Assembly (NCBI GenBank): GCA_917627385.1
Contig: CAKJTL010000092.1
Span: forward strand, 35,523-57,246
DNA from: Frankia sp. CIT1
GTDB taxonomy: Bacteria > Actinomycetota > Actinomycetes > Frankiales > Frankiaceae
Length of the DNA stretch: 21,724 bases
Reading direction: 5' to 3'
Of this stretch, positions 15,358 through 21,724 are shown one piece after another. Below the pieces are notes generated by a model. The model was not told where the DNA came from. It worked only from the letters and a program-made list of their open reading frames with translations, and did not search any database. The position numbers and the translations under genes are program-made. Positions within the stretch are counted from its first letter, which is position 1. Each line of letters starts with the position of its first letter.

Positions 15358-16461
15358 TCAGAGGTCCAACGCCCTAGCAAGATCATCAATGGTCACCTCA
15401 GGCACTGCGGGGATGTCAACATCCAGCGCATCGGGATCAATACCGAGCATCCAGGCGAGCGTTCCCTTGCCGAGGGTCCCGGCTTCGATCCCTTTGAGGT
15501 GCGCCTCCTGCAGCGTGAGGGGGAAACGACGCTGGGCGGCTGCGTCCATACGCAAAGTGATCTCATCTTTACCTGAATTGGGCGCCCGGTGACGCCGCAA
15601 CAAACGCTGGGTCGGTTGTCCGGCCCATTCCCGCACCACATCGGGCACGTAGCCGTTCAGGGCATGCAGGCGGCGGGCGAGTGCGTCGGTGGACACACCC
15701 CACCGCCACACGAGGTCAGCCAGCCCGGCCGCCTCGTACCGGTCCCAGTCGATCACGGCAAGCGACTCACGGGGGAGCAGAAGCTCCGCCGCGAACGCGT
15801 TCGCGGCCGCCTCGCGCTGGTCCCGCTCGGCCGCGGAGAACCCCTGGTCGTGGTGACCCCAGACGAGATGGCCCAACTCATGTGCCATTGACCAGTTCTC
15901 CCAGAACCAGTTCCCGGTCGCCGAGAGCGCGATCACATGGCGGCCACCGATGGTGAACGAGTACGCGGTGGACAGGTCTGCGATCCGCACAACATCGACG
16001 CCGAACCGGCTCTCCAGCCGATCCGCGAAGGGGCGCACGAAGTCCTCACCCAGCGCCACCCTGACCCCATCAGCACCAGCCCCGTCAACACTCTCTGGAA
16101 GGGCTGGTCCGTGCTGCGGTTCGGAGTAGGCCTGACGGTAGGCCAAGGCGATGTCGCGTAGCACCAGCCCGTCAGCGTCACGCTCGGGTACGCTCCGACG
16201 ACCCGTCAGGTGATTAAAATCGTGACGCGCCGCGACGATCAGCCGATGCGGGTCGGGCTGTCCGGTGATCAGCCAATGGATGTCCGCATCCAGCAGGTCA
16301 GCCAGGCGCGCCAACTCGATCGAGGAGAAGGCGCGCTTGCCGTTTAGCGCGCGCGAGAACGCATCGGGCGGCATCCCGATGTCCGCCGCGATGTCCCGCT
16401 GCCGGGTGGTGGGGCAGACCTGCCTGATATGCTCCAGCACGCGGTCACCAATACTGTGCAT
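15358..16461 (-). CDS. XRE-family HTH transcriptional regulator fused to an ImmA/IrrE-family Zn-metallopeptidase (COG2856)
   Basis: 367-aa ORF with ATG at 16459-16461. The N-terminal HTH is 'TRQRDIAADIGMPPDAFSRALNGKRAFSSIELARLADLLDADIHWLITG'. The HEXXH zinc motif is 'SMAHELGHLVWGHHD'. A C-terminal extension of about 100 aa follows. Confidence 0.85.
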   Translation of the reverse strand: MHSIGDRVLEHIRQVCPTTRQRDIAADIGMPPDAFSRALNGKRAFSSIELARLADLLDADIHWLITGQPDPHRLIVAARHDFNHLTGRRSVPERDADGLVLRDIALAYRQAYSEPQHGPALPESVDGAGADGVRVALGEDFVRPFADRLESRFGVDVVRIADLSTAYSFTIGGRHVIALSATGNWFWENWSMAHELGHLVWGHHDQGFSAAERDQREAAANAFAAELLLPRESLAVIDWDRYEAAGLADLVWRWGVSTDALARRLHALNGYVPDVVREWAGQPTQRLLRRHRAPNSGKDEITLRMDAAAQRRFPLTLQEAHLKGIEAGTLGKGTLAWMLGIDPDALDVDIPAVPEVTIDDLARALDL

Positions 16462-16476
16462 ACATGCATGCTACCT

Positions 16477-16503
16477 GTTCCGTTGGGAAAATCCCAACGG
16501 AAC
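16477..16503. promoter_or_regulatory. Perfect 12-bp inverted repeat GTTCCGTTGGGA-aaa-TCCCAACGGAAC, 16 nt upstream of the XRE-ImmA start codon; candidate autoregulatory operator
   Basis: Read directly. The arms contain CCGTTG / CAACGG half-sites, which recur at 16637-16656. Confidence 0.5.
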
Positions 16504-16636
16504 GCATCTGTCCGGGCCACGTGGCTACCTCCGCGGGGCCTACCCCAGCGCCGCAGCCACGGCACGACGGATGGACGTCCGAAACCCCCGTGTCGGGCAG
16601 AAAATACGTGTCGCTCTTCCACTCGTGACCTGCCGA

Positions 16637-16656
16637 ACCGTTGTGACCAACGGTAT
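16637..16656. terminator. Hairpin ACCGTTG-tgac-CAACGGT just downstream of the SPFH gene stop; candidate terminator and/or second operator
   Basis: 7-bp stem and 4-nt loop, 10 nt after the SPFH stop on the minus strand. There is no clear U-tract, as is common in high-GC actinobacteria. It shares half-sites with the 16477-16503 palindrome. Confidence 0.3.
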
Positions 16657-16665
16657 CGCGAACCA

Positions 16666-17925
16666 TTACTCAGCCGGTGACTCGACGACCTCCGCATGCG
16701 AGGCGTCCTGTTGCGCGGCGCGCACGGCGGCATCCGCGGATGAGCCGCCGGCCGGGGCGATCTGTGGACGCGGGCCGTCGCTGGAAAACTCGGCTGTCGG
16801 GCCGCCGCTGAGCGAGCCGATCAGGTTCGTCAGTTCACGCATGATGTCGGGCCCGAACCCGGCCAGCCCGGTCATCAGACTGACCAGCCCCTTGTCGTGG
16901 GAACCCGCAATGTAGGTCCGCAGGTTCGGCAGTAGTTTGCCCTTGGCCTCCAGGATCTCCGGTAGCCTTTCCACGATCATCCGTTGGATGTTCTCCTCGT
17001 GGTGGCCGCCTTCAATACGCAGCCGTTCGGCCAGTTTGTATGCCTCCAGCTCGGCCAGTGCCCGGGCGTGGTCGCGTTCCGACGCCCGGCTTTCATCCGC
17101 CACCGCTATGCGTGCCCTGGCGACTTCCAGCCGTCTCAGCTCAGCATAGGTGTCGGCATCCGCTCTGGCCCGCTCCGCCGTCAGCCGCTCGTTCGCCTCC
17201 CGCCGGGACCGCGTGGCACTGATCTGATCCTCTATAGCCAGTTTGGTCGTAAGCGTCCGCAGGTGAGCGTCCAGCGATATCTTCTTCTCCCGCTCCGCCA
17301 CCCAGTCCGCAGGCAGCACAACGTTCGCGACGGACAGTGGCCGCGGTTCGAATCCCATCTCCACCAGTGCCGGCCTGGACCTCCACATCACCTCGTCCGC
17401 GATCTTTCCGAAATCGCGATCGACCTGCCCCATGGCCCGTTCGCCCACCACGTCACGAATATGTACGACAAGGGTGTCGATGACTTGCCGGTGCATGTTC
17501 TCCGTGTCCTCGCCGAAATGCTCGCTCACCGTCCGGATCGCCTGCTCGTCTCGTGGGATCCGAAAAGCTGTACGAAGATCGAGCGTCAGCGGCACCTCGT
17601 CGGAGGACTGACAGGTCACCCGGAACTCGATCGGCTGCCACTGCAACGAAATCTTGGTGAGGATGGCGCCCGGAGGGAGGAAGATCCGCCCTTTCAGCAC
17701 CACCTTGATGCGATGATCCCACCACCCCGAGACGACACCCGCCTCGTCCTGGCCCAGCGGTTCCGACAATTTTGCCATGACGACTCCTAGAACAAACAGC
17801 GCCAGCAGCGCGAAGAATAATTTGGGGATGACGAACAACAGCCAGCCGGCCAGCGCTGTCACCGCGATCAGCGCGCCGAGATTCCAGGGTGACTGGTTCC
17901 TCAGCCATGCACGCCAGTCATTCAT
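16666..17925 (-). CDS. SPFH / band-7 (flotillin-stomatin-like) membrane protein with C-terminal coiled coil
   Basis: ORF 16666..17973 with TTG at the ORF end. ATG at 17923-17925 (MNDWRAWLRN...) is 17 nt after the subtilase stop. One or two N-terminal TM helices are present ('LGALIAVTALAGWLLFVIPKLFFALLALFVLGVVMA'). The SPFH core is 'IKVVLKGRIFLPPGAI...VPLTLDLRTAFRIPRDEQAIRTV'. A long Arg/Glu/Ala-rich coiled coil follows ('RREANERLTAERARADADTYAELRRLEVARARIAV...'). Confidence 0.8.
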   Translation of the reverse strand: MNDWRAWLRNQSPWNLGALIAVTALAGWLLFVIPKLFFALLALFVLGVVMAKLSEPLGQDEAGVVSGWWDHRIKVVLKGRIFLPPGAILTKISLQWQPIEFRVTCQSSDEVPLTLDLRTAFRIPRDEQAIRTVSEHFGEDTENMHRQVIDTLVVHIRDVVGERAMGQVDRDFGKIADEVMWRSRPALVEMGFEPRPLSVANVVLPADWVAEREKKISLDAHLRTLTTKLAIEDQISATRSRREANERLTAERARADADTYAELRRLEVARARIAVADESRASERDHARALAELEAYKLAERLRIEGGHHEENIQRMIVERLPEILEAKGKLLPNLRTYIAGSHDKGLVSLMTGLAGFGPDIMRELTNLIGSLSGGPTAEFSSDGPRPQIAPAGGSSADAAVRAAQQDASHAEVVESPAE

Positions 17926-17941
17926 ATCGGCCCCGGTGTCA

Positions 17942-19447
17942 TCAGACTGACTGGATGGCCCGCATGACGTCAACCAGGCCGTGCCCCTGAAACTCCCGTA
18001 CCCGGCCGAGATCGGTCGCGGAGTCCAGGAAAACCTTTTTTACCCGTTCGGGGCTGCCGATAAACTCGCTACGCACCGAGAGAAAGGCGGCGATGGCCCC
18101 GGAGACGTGTGCCGCCGCCAAGCTCGTCCCGCTGAACTCGCTGTAGTCTGGATAGTCCCAGTCCTCGTCGTCGGGCTGGGCCGTCGAGCTGACGCAGCTC
18201 ACAATGTGTTCGCCGGGGGCGACAAGGTCCGGCTTGAGCCGGCCATCCCCCGTCGGCCCCTTGGAGGAAAAATAGGAAACCCCGTACCGGTGCGGAGCGA
18301 CTCGATGCGTGGAGCCGACCGTGATAGCGCCGAAGGCGTTTCCTGGATCGTTGATCGTAACGCCCGCGCTGAAATCATCGGTGTTCCGGGCTACTTCCGT
18401 CCGCACGAAACCCGAATTGCCGGCGGCAACGACCACCAACACGCCCGAGGCGACCATGCGGTCGACCTCGTTGCACAGCGGGGAATACCCGCCGACAAAC
18501 CACTCCGGGTAAAACGAGTAGCCAAGGCTCAGATTTACTCCGTGAATGCGAATGTTACGGCCGTAGTCGTTGACCCGCTGGATGTGCTCCAGCGCCGCGA
18601 TCACCGCACTCACGTTGGCCAGCCGGCCCGCGCCGAACACTTTGTAGCTCACAATCTTACAACGCGGGGCGACACCGCCGATCCTGGTGATCGCGGACGT
18701 GTACGCATCCACCGTCTTGTCGCCGTCAAGCAGCATCTGGCGGACACGTAACCGACGTCCACCGGTTTCGGCGGAGTCAGCCGCCACCTCACCCGCGATG
18801 ATACCGGCGACCGGCGTGCCATGCCCGATACCATAATCATCCCGGGTTGGAGCGTTGCCGTCCGTCAGATCGACGTGCTCAAGTTGAGCCGGCAGACTGA
18901 GATTGTCCCATTTAGCAAAGTGTGGGTGCCGCTCGTCAACCCCGGAGTCGACAACCGCCCAGACAATGTTTTCACCGAACGCGCCGAAGGTTGCCTGAGC
19001 CGCGTCGCCCTTTATCACCGCCACGGACCTGTCCAGCAGCGCCGAAACTTCGAAGTCGGGCCAGACCCGCCGGATCGCGCGCAGCCGCCAGTTGCCGGCA
19101 TCCTGTTCAGCCTGCTCGACATCGACGTGGACGACCCAGCGCACAGCCTCCGGCGGGAGGACCGCGACGACGTAGGAACGGCCCAGCTCCCGAGACAGCC
19201 GCGACTCACCGATGTCGTCGAACACGTTCATCTCGCTGAACCGCACGGCTGCCTCGGTCAGCAGCGTGCGCACGGTATTCGCGGCACCGCGGCGGCCGGC
19301 GGGGAAATCCGGGTTGAGGTCGAAGATGACCCGGACGGTGCCCGATGCACTTCGGCTCTCCAGCTCTGTCAGCCGCGACTCCAGCGCAGGCGTGATGACG
19401 GACCGGGCATGCGTTACCGGCCGGCGGCCAGGATCATCGAATTTCAT
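17942..19447 (-). CDS. Subtilisin-like S8 serine peptidase lacking a signal peptide (predicted cytoplasmic)
   Basis: ORF 17942..19549. The 5' 100 nt of the ORF are AT-rich with A/T third positions and contain a palindrome, so they are probably non-coding. The likely start is ATG at 19445-19447 (MKFDDPGRRP...), with GGGGGA 6 nt upstream. An alternative start is ATG 19478-19480. The catalytic Asp is in 'WAVVDSGVD', the His in 'GHGTPVAG', the Asn in 'AAGNSG', and the Ser in 'SGTSLAAAHVSGAIAAF'. No hydrophobic N-terminal signal is present. Confidence 0.85.
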   Translation of the reverse strand: MKFDDPGRRPVTHARSVITPALESRLTELESRSASGTVRVIFDLNPDFPAGRRGAANTVRTLLTEAAVRFSEMNVFDDIGESRLSRELGRSYVVAVLPPEAVRWVVHVDVEQAEQDAGNWRLRAIRRVWPDFEVSALLDRSVAVIKGDAAQATFGAFGENIVWAVVDSGVDERHPHFAKWDNLSLPAQLEHVDLTDGNAPTRDDYGIGHGTPVAGIIAGEVAADSAETGGRRLRVRQMLLDGDKTVDAYTSAITRIGGVAPRCKIVSYKVFGAGRLANVSAVIAALEHIQRVNDYGRNIRIHGVNLSLGYSFYPEWFVGGYSPLCNEVDRMVASGVLVVVAAGNSGFVRTEVARNTDDFSAGVTINDPGNAFGAITVGSTHRVAPHRYGVSYFSSKGPTGDGRLKPDLVAPGEHIVSCVSSTAQPDDEDWDYPDYSEFSGTSLAAAHVSGAIAAFLSVRSEFIGSPERVKKVFLDSATDLGRVREFQGHGLVDVMRAIQSV

Positions 19448-19516
19448 TACGTCCCCCGATCTGCGGCATTGGACGGCCATGGGACCGCCGGATCCGACTA
19501 TATATGCGATAAGGCT

Positions 19517-19529
19517 GGGGAAATTCCCC
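19517..19529. promoter_or_regulatory. Palindrome GGGGAA-A-TTCCCC in the AT-rich spacer between the TIR-WD40 and subtilase genes
   Basis: Read directly. It is flanked by low-GC sequence (ctatatatgcgataagg). This is a candidate internal operator or promoter region. Confidence 0.35.
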
Positions 19530-19563
19530 CTGATACGGGATTGCCGCACTCACTCAAACGTCC

Positions 19564-21453
19564 CTACGGGTGGAAAGGTTCCGCATCGTCGACCGGATGC
19601 GTAGCCGACGGGGACGTGGACGGGTTCGGCAGACGCCACAGAGCCGCCTCACCGGCGTCGGATGCGGTGGCGAACCAGCGCCCGTCAGGGCTGAACGCGA
19701 CCGCGTTTACGCGCGGTTCGTGCACCGATCGGTGCCTCGCCGGCCCCGCGGAAAGATCATAAACAAAGACCACCCGATATGCCGGGCTGTGCGCGGCCAT
19801 GAAACGTCCGTCCCGGCTGACGGTAAGCGCGCCCGGCGTTCTGGGGTGGGAGAACCGTGCCCGTACCCGGCAGGCTGCCACGTCGATAAACGAGATGACC
19901 ATCGAACGGTGGCGTAACACAAGCAACTGGCCGGCCAGGCCGAGCGCGGCGTCCACTACCTCGGAGCCCGCCGCGGTGAAGTCCCCAGCATCTTTACCGG
20001 CCGCCGAGGGGTAGACGCAGGCACCGGTGGCGAGCGCCCACAGCCGTGGCGAACAGCTGTCATCCAGGGTGACCAGCCACCCGCCATCCCAACTGAACCG
20101 AGCCGCCGTCACACGACGTACCGTCTCCACGGTCTTCCTGACCTCGCCACTGGCGCTGTGGCGCATCACAAGGCACTCCGACCGGGTGTCCCGAAGCGCG
20201 ATGAAGCGACCGTCCGGGCTCGCCGCGACAAAGGCCTCCCCCTCGGCCCCCAACCGGCTTCCGGCCAAGGCAATGCCCAGGTCAACGCCCAGGTCAACGC
20301 CCAGGTCATGGCGCCAAGCACCGGCCTGCGGGAAACAGCTCAACAGGTACCGCCCAGCCGGGCCGAACAACAGCGCGGGGGGCGTCTGTCCACTCGCCCA
20401 GAGGTGGGTCACCCGAGCAGCCGACACATCCCACAATCGGGAATTCCCGTCCAGACAAACCGTTGCGAGCAGCGAGTCATCGGGGCTGAACACGGCATGC
20501 CGAACCGGTGCCGGATGCACGAAGGTCCCTTGGCAGCGGAGGCTGTCGACCTTCCAGCACCGGACCGCGCCGTCCCGACCGCCTGTCACCAGCCGCCGCG
20601 AGTCGGAACTGAACGCAACCACGAGTACGGGCGACGGCCGGCCGACGGCTGAGGGGCTGGCATGCCGCAGAACGCCCACCTTCGTCGGCCCGCCGTCAGC
20701 CACGATCCCGGCCAGCGGCCGAACCGGCTTCCGTCCGGTAGACGGGCCGTTCTCAGCCGCCGGAGATGCGGGCACCGGCCGCGCCCGGGACTCCGGCGGC
20801 TGCCGCGTGCTGTCTAGCGCACCGCATGGTGCGCCGTCTGGCGCGCTGTCTGGCGACCCCGGAAACGGGTATGGGGGTGGAACCGGACCGGCGCGATCCG
20901 CAGGCAGGAGGGTCGGGCCGGGGAAGTCCGGCTCGGACGCTGGTTTCCCCCGCCCTGACATGGCCGCGGTGACGCCCGCGAGCAGCCGCTCACGGGCGTC
21001 GTCCGCCGTCAGTCCGAAGATGTCGAAGGAGACCACCCGCCCCAGCAAACCCGGCCGGGGACAGTCCTCGACGCGGACGGGGATCAGCTTGCGTTCCGTG
21101 CCGCTCTGGTCGGCTAGGTGGGCGGCCTCCCATTCGGTGCGGCCCCACCCCGACTCAAGGTAGGCGGCCGAAAGGATCGCCAGGGTATGGCGGGCGCCGC
21201 GGATACCTTCCTCCATTCGCGCGGTCCAGTGTGTACCCGGCACGAAGTCCCATTTCTGGAACAGCACCCGATAGCCGGCTCGCTCCAGCTGCCACGCGAT
21301 CCACTCGGCCCAGGGCATGTCCGCGGCGGTATAGGAAATGAAAAAATGCCATGACGCGACGACAGGCAGCGGGACTGACATTGGTGGAGTGGCTGCCGCG
21401 GGCGGCGCGGCCCGCGGCAGCCGGCGCTGCGCATCGTCAGCACGCTCGAGCAT
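19564..21453 (-). CDS. TIR-domain protein fused via a Pro-rich disordered linker to a 7-bladed WD40 beta-propeller, with no NTPase domain
   Basis: ORF 19564..21495. The likely start is ATG at 21451-21453, with GGGGGGAA upstream. Alternatives are ATG 21493-21495 and ATG 21379-21381. The TIR domain is 'SWHFFISYTAADMPWAEWIAWQLERAGYRVLFQKWDFVPG...LAILSAAYLESGWGRTEWEAA', which carries the S..Y..S.W...E motif including the putative catalytic Glu. A linker of about 100 aa follows ('GKPASEPDFPGPTLLPADRAGPVPPPYPFPGSPDSAPDG...'). WD40 blades include 'VVAFSSDSRRLVTGGRDGAVRCWKV', 'AVFSPDDSLLATVCLDGNSRLWDV' and 'AVAFSPDGRWFATASDAGEAALWRL'. Confidence 0.8.
   Translation of the reverse strand: MLERADDAQRRLPRAAPPAAATPPMSVPLPVVASWHFFISYTAADMPWAEWIAWQLERAGYRVLFQKWDFVPGTHWTARMEEGIRGARHTLAILSAAYLESGWGRTEWEAAHLADQSGTERKLIPVRVEDCPRPGLLGRVVSFDIFGLTADDARERLLAGVTAAMSGRGKPASEPDFPGPTLLPADRAGPVPPPYPFPGSPDSAPDGAPCGALDSTRQPPESRARPVPASPAAENGPSTGRKPVRPLAGIVADGGPTKVGVLRHASPSAVGRPSPVLVVAFSSDSRRLVTGGRDGAVRCWKVDSLRCQGTFVHPAPVRHAVFSPDDSLLATVCLDGNSRLWDVSAARVTHLWASGQTPPALLFGPAGRYLLSCFPQAGAWRHDLGVDLGVDLGIALAGSRLGAEGEAFVAASPDGRFIALRDTRSECLVMRHSASGEVRKTVETVRRVTAARFSWDGGWLVTLDDSCSPRLWALATGACVYPSAAGKDAGDFTAAGSEVVDAALGLAGQLLVLRHRSMVISFIDVAACRVRARFSHPRTPGALTVSRDGRFMAAHSPAYRVVFVYDLSAGPARHRSVHEPRVNAVAFSPDGRWFATASDAGEAALWRLPNPSTSPSATHPVDDAEPFHP
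20275..20310. repeat. 12-bp in-frame tandem repeat x3 (gcccaggtcaac) inside the WD40 region, encoding DLGVDLGVDLGI
   Basis: Read directly. Confidence 0.6.
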
Positions 21454-21556
21454 GGTTCCCCCCGGATGAACCAGCGCCACCGAATGAATCAGCATCGACG
21501 CAGCGAAGCGTACGCCGAAGGCGACCCGCCTACCGGTACGCCCGCCCGGTGTGGAC

Positions 21557-21661
21557 GGGCGCCGCCGATCCCCACAGCGGATTCACGGCTTCTGCTGTCG
21601 CATCCGTCGGTGACGAGGACGGCTTGGACGGTGGATGGCCCGAACGGGGCGCCGCCGATCC
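21557..21661. repeat. Direct repeat of 15-17 bp (ACGGGCGCCGCCGATCC) at 21557-21573 and 21645-21661, upstream of the TIR-WD40 gene
   Basis: Read directly. The two copies are about 88 bp apart in a non-coding stretch. Confidence 0.45.
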
Positions 21662-21724
21662 AGCCCAGTTGGGCGGCCTATCCTCGGGCGCTCTAAGTGG
21701 TCGCCGCCGGGAGTTCGTCCAGGG

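Noticed and set aside
20824-20841. Hairpin GCGCACC-gcat-GGTGCGC inside the TIR-WD40 linker coding region
   Set aside because: It lies within a confidently coding low-complexity linker. Short GC-rich stems are frequent by chance at ~70% GC.
1-21724. 14-bp perfect palindrome GCGCTCTTAGAGCGC at positions 2-16, and a 10-bp matching copy (GCGCTCTAAG) at 21689-21698 near the other window end
   Set aside because: It is tempting as terminal inverted repeats of a ~21.7-kb element. The match is short and offset asymmetrically from the ends (5 nt against 26 nt). No transposase or integrase and no target-site duplication is visible. The left end lies beside native-looking metabolic genes, so it is most likely chance.
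1-21724. CRISPR arrays, tRNA or rRNA genes, integrase or transposase genes
   Set aside because: No regularly spaced repeat-spacer array, no cloverleaf-compatible segments of about 75 nt flanked by the expected conserved boxes, and no ORF with a recombinase, DDE or tyrosine-integrase signature were seen by eye. Absence cannot be proven without tRNAscan or Infernal.

Overview
High-GC actinobacterial (Frankia-like) chromosomal DNA with gene-dense coding on both strands. No rRNA, tRNA, CRISPR array or recognisable IS/transposase was found.

Left two-thirds (about 1-12.2 kb): mostly housekeeping and catabolic genes.
- A decayed short-chain dehydrogenase (SDR) pseudogene.
- A plus-strand amidohydrolase-2 gene.
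- A long minus-strand co-directional cluster: enoyl-CoA hydratase, family-III CoA-transferase, APH-like phosphotransferase, aldo/keto reductase, then a branched-chain-amino-acid ABC transporter operon. That operon encodes a lipoprotein substrate-binding protein, an unusual 988-aa LivH-LivM-LivG triple fusion, and LivF.
- A small plus-strand antibiotic-biosynthesis-monooxygenase-like (ABM) gene.

Right third (about 12.2-21.5 kb): looks accessory and defence-like.
- A Schlafen-like AlbA_2/HATPase_c_4 ATPase, possibly coupled to a RibD_C (DHFR-like) reductase.
- A minus-strand XRE-HTH/ImmA-IrrE Zn-peptidase plus a PIN-like toxin pair.
- A tightly packed minus-strand three-gene cassette encoding an N-terminal TIR domain fused through a Pro-rich linker to a 7-bladed WD40 propeller, a signal-peptide-less S8 subtilase, and a membrane-anchored SPFH/flotillin-like coiled-coil protein.

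The TIR-WD40 / subtilase / SPFH cassette has visibly lower third-position GC than the metabolic genes. I flag it as the best candidate for an undescribed immunity or programmed-cell-death module.

Smaller features are also listed: short in-frame tandem repeats, operator-like palindromes, a strong bidirectional terminator, and AT-rich promoter islands. Every functional assignment rests on motif recognition by eye. None was verified by a database search.
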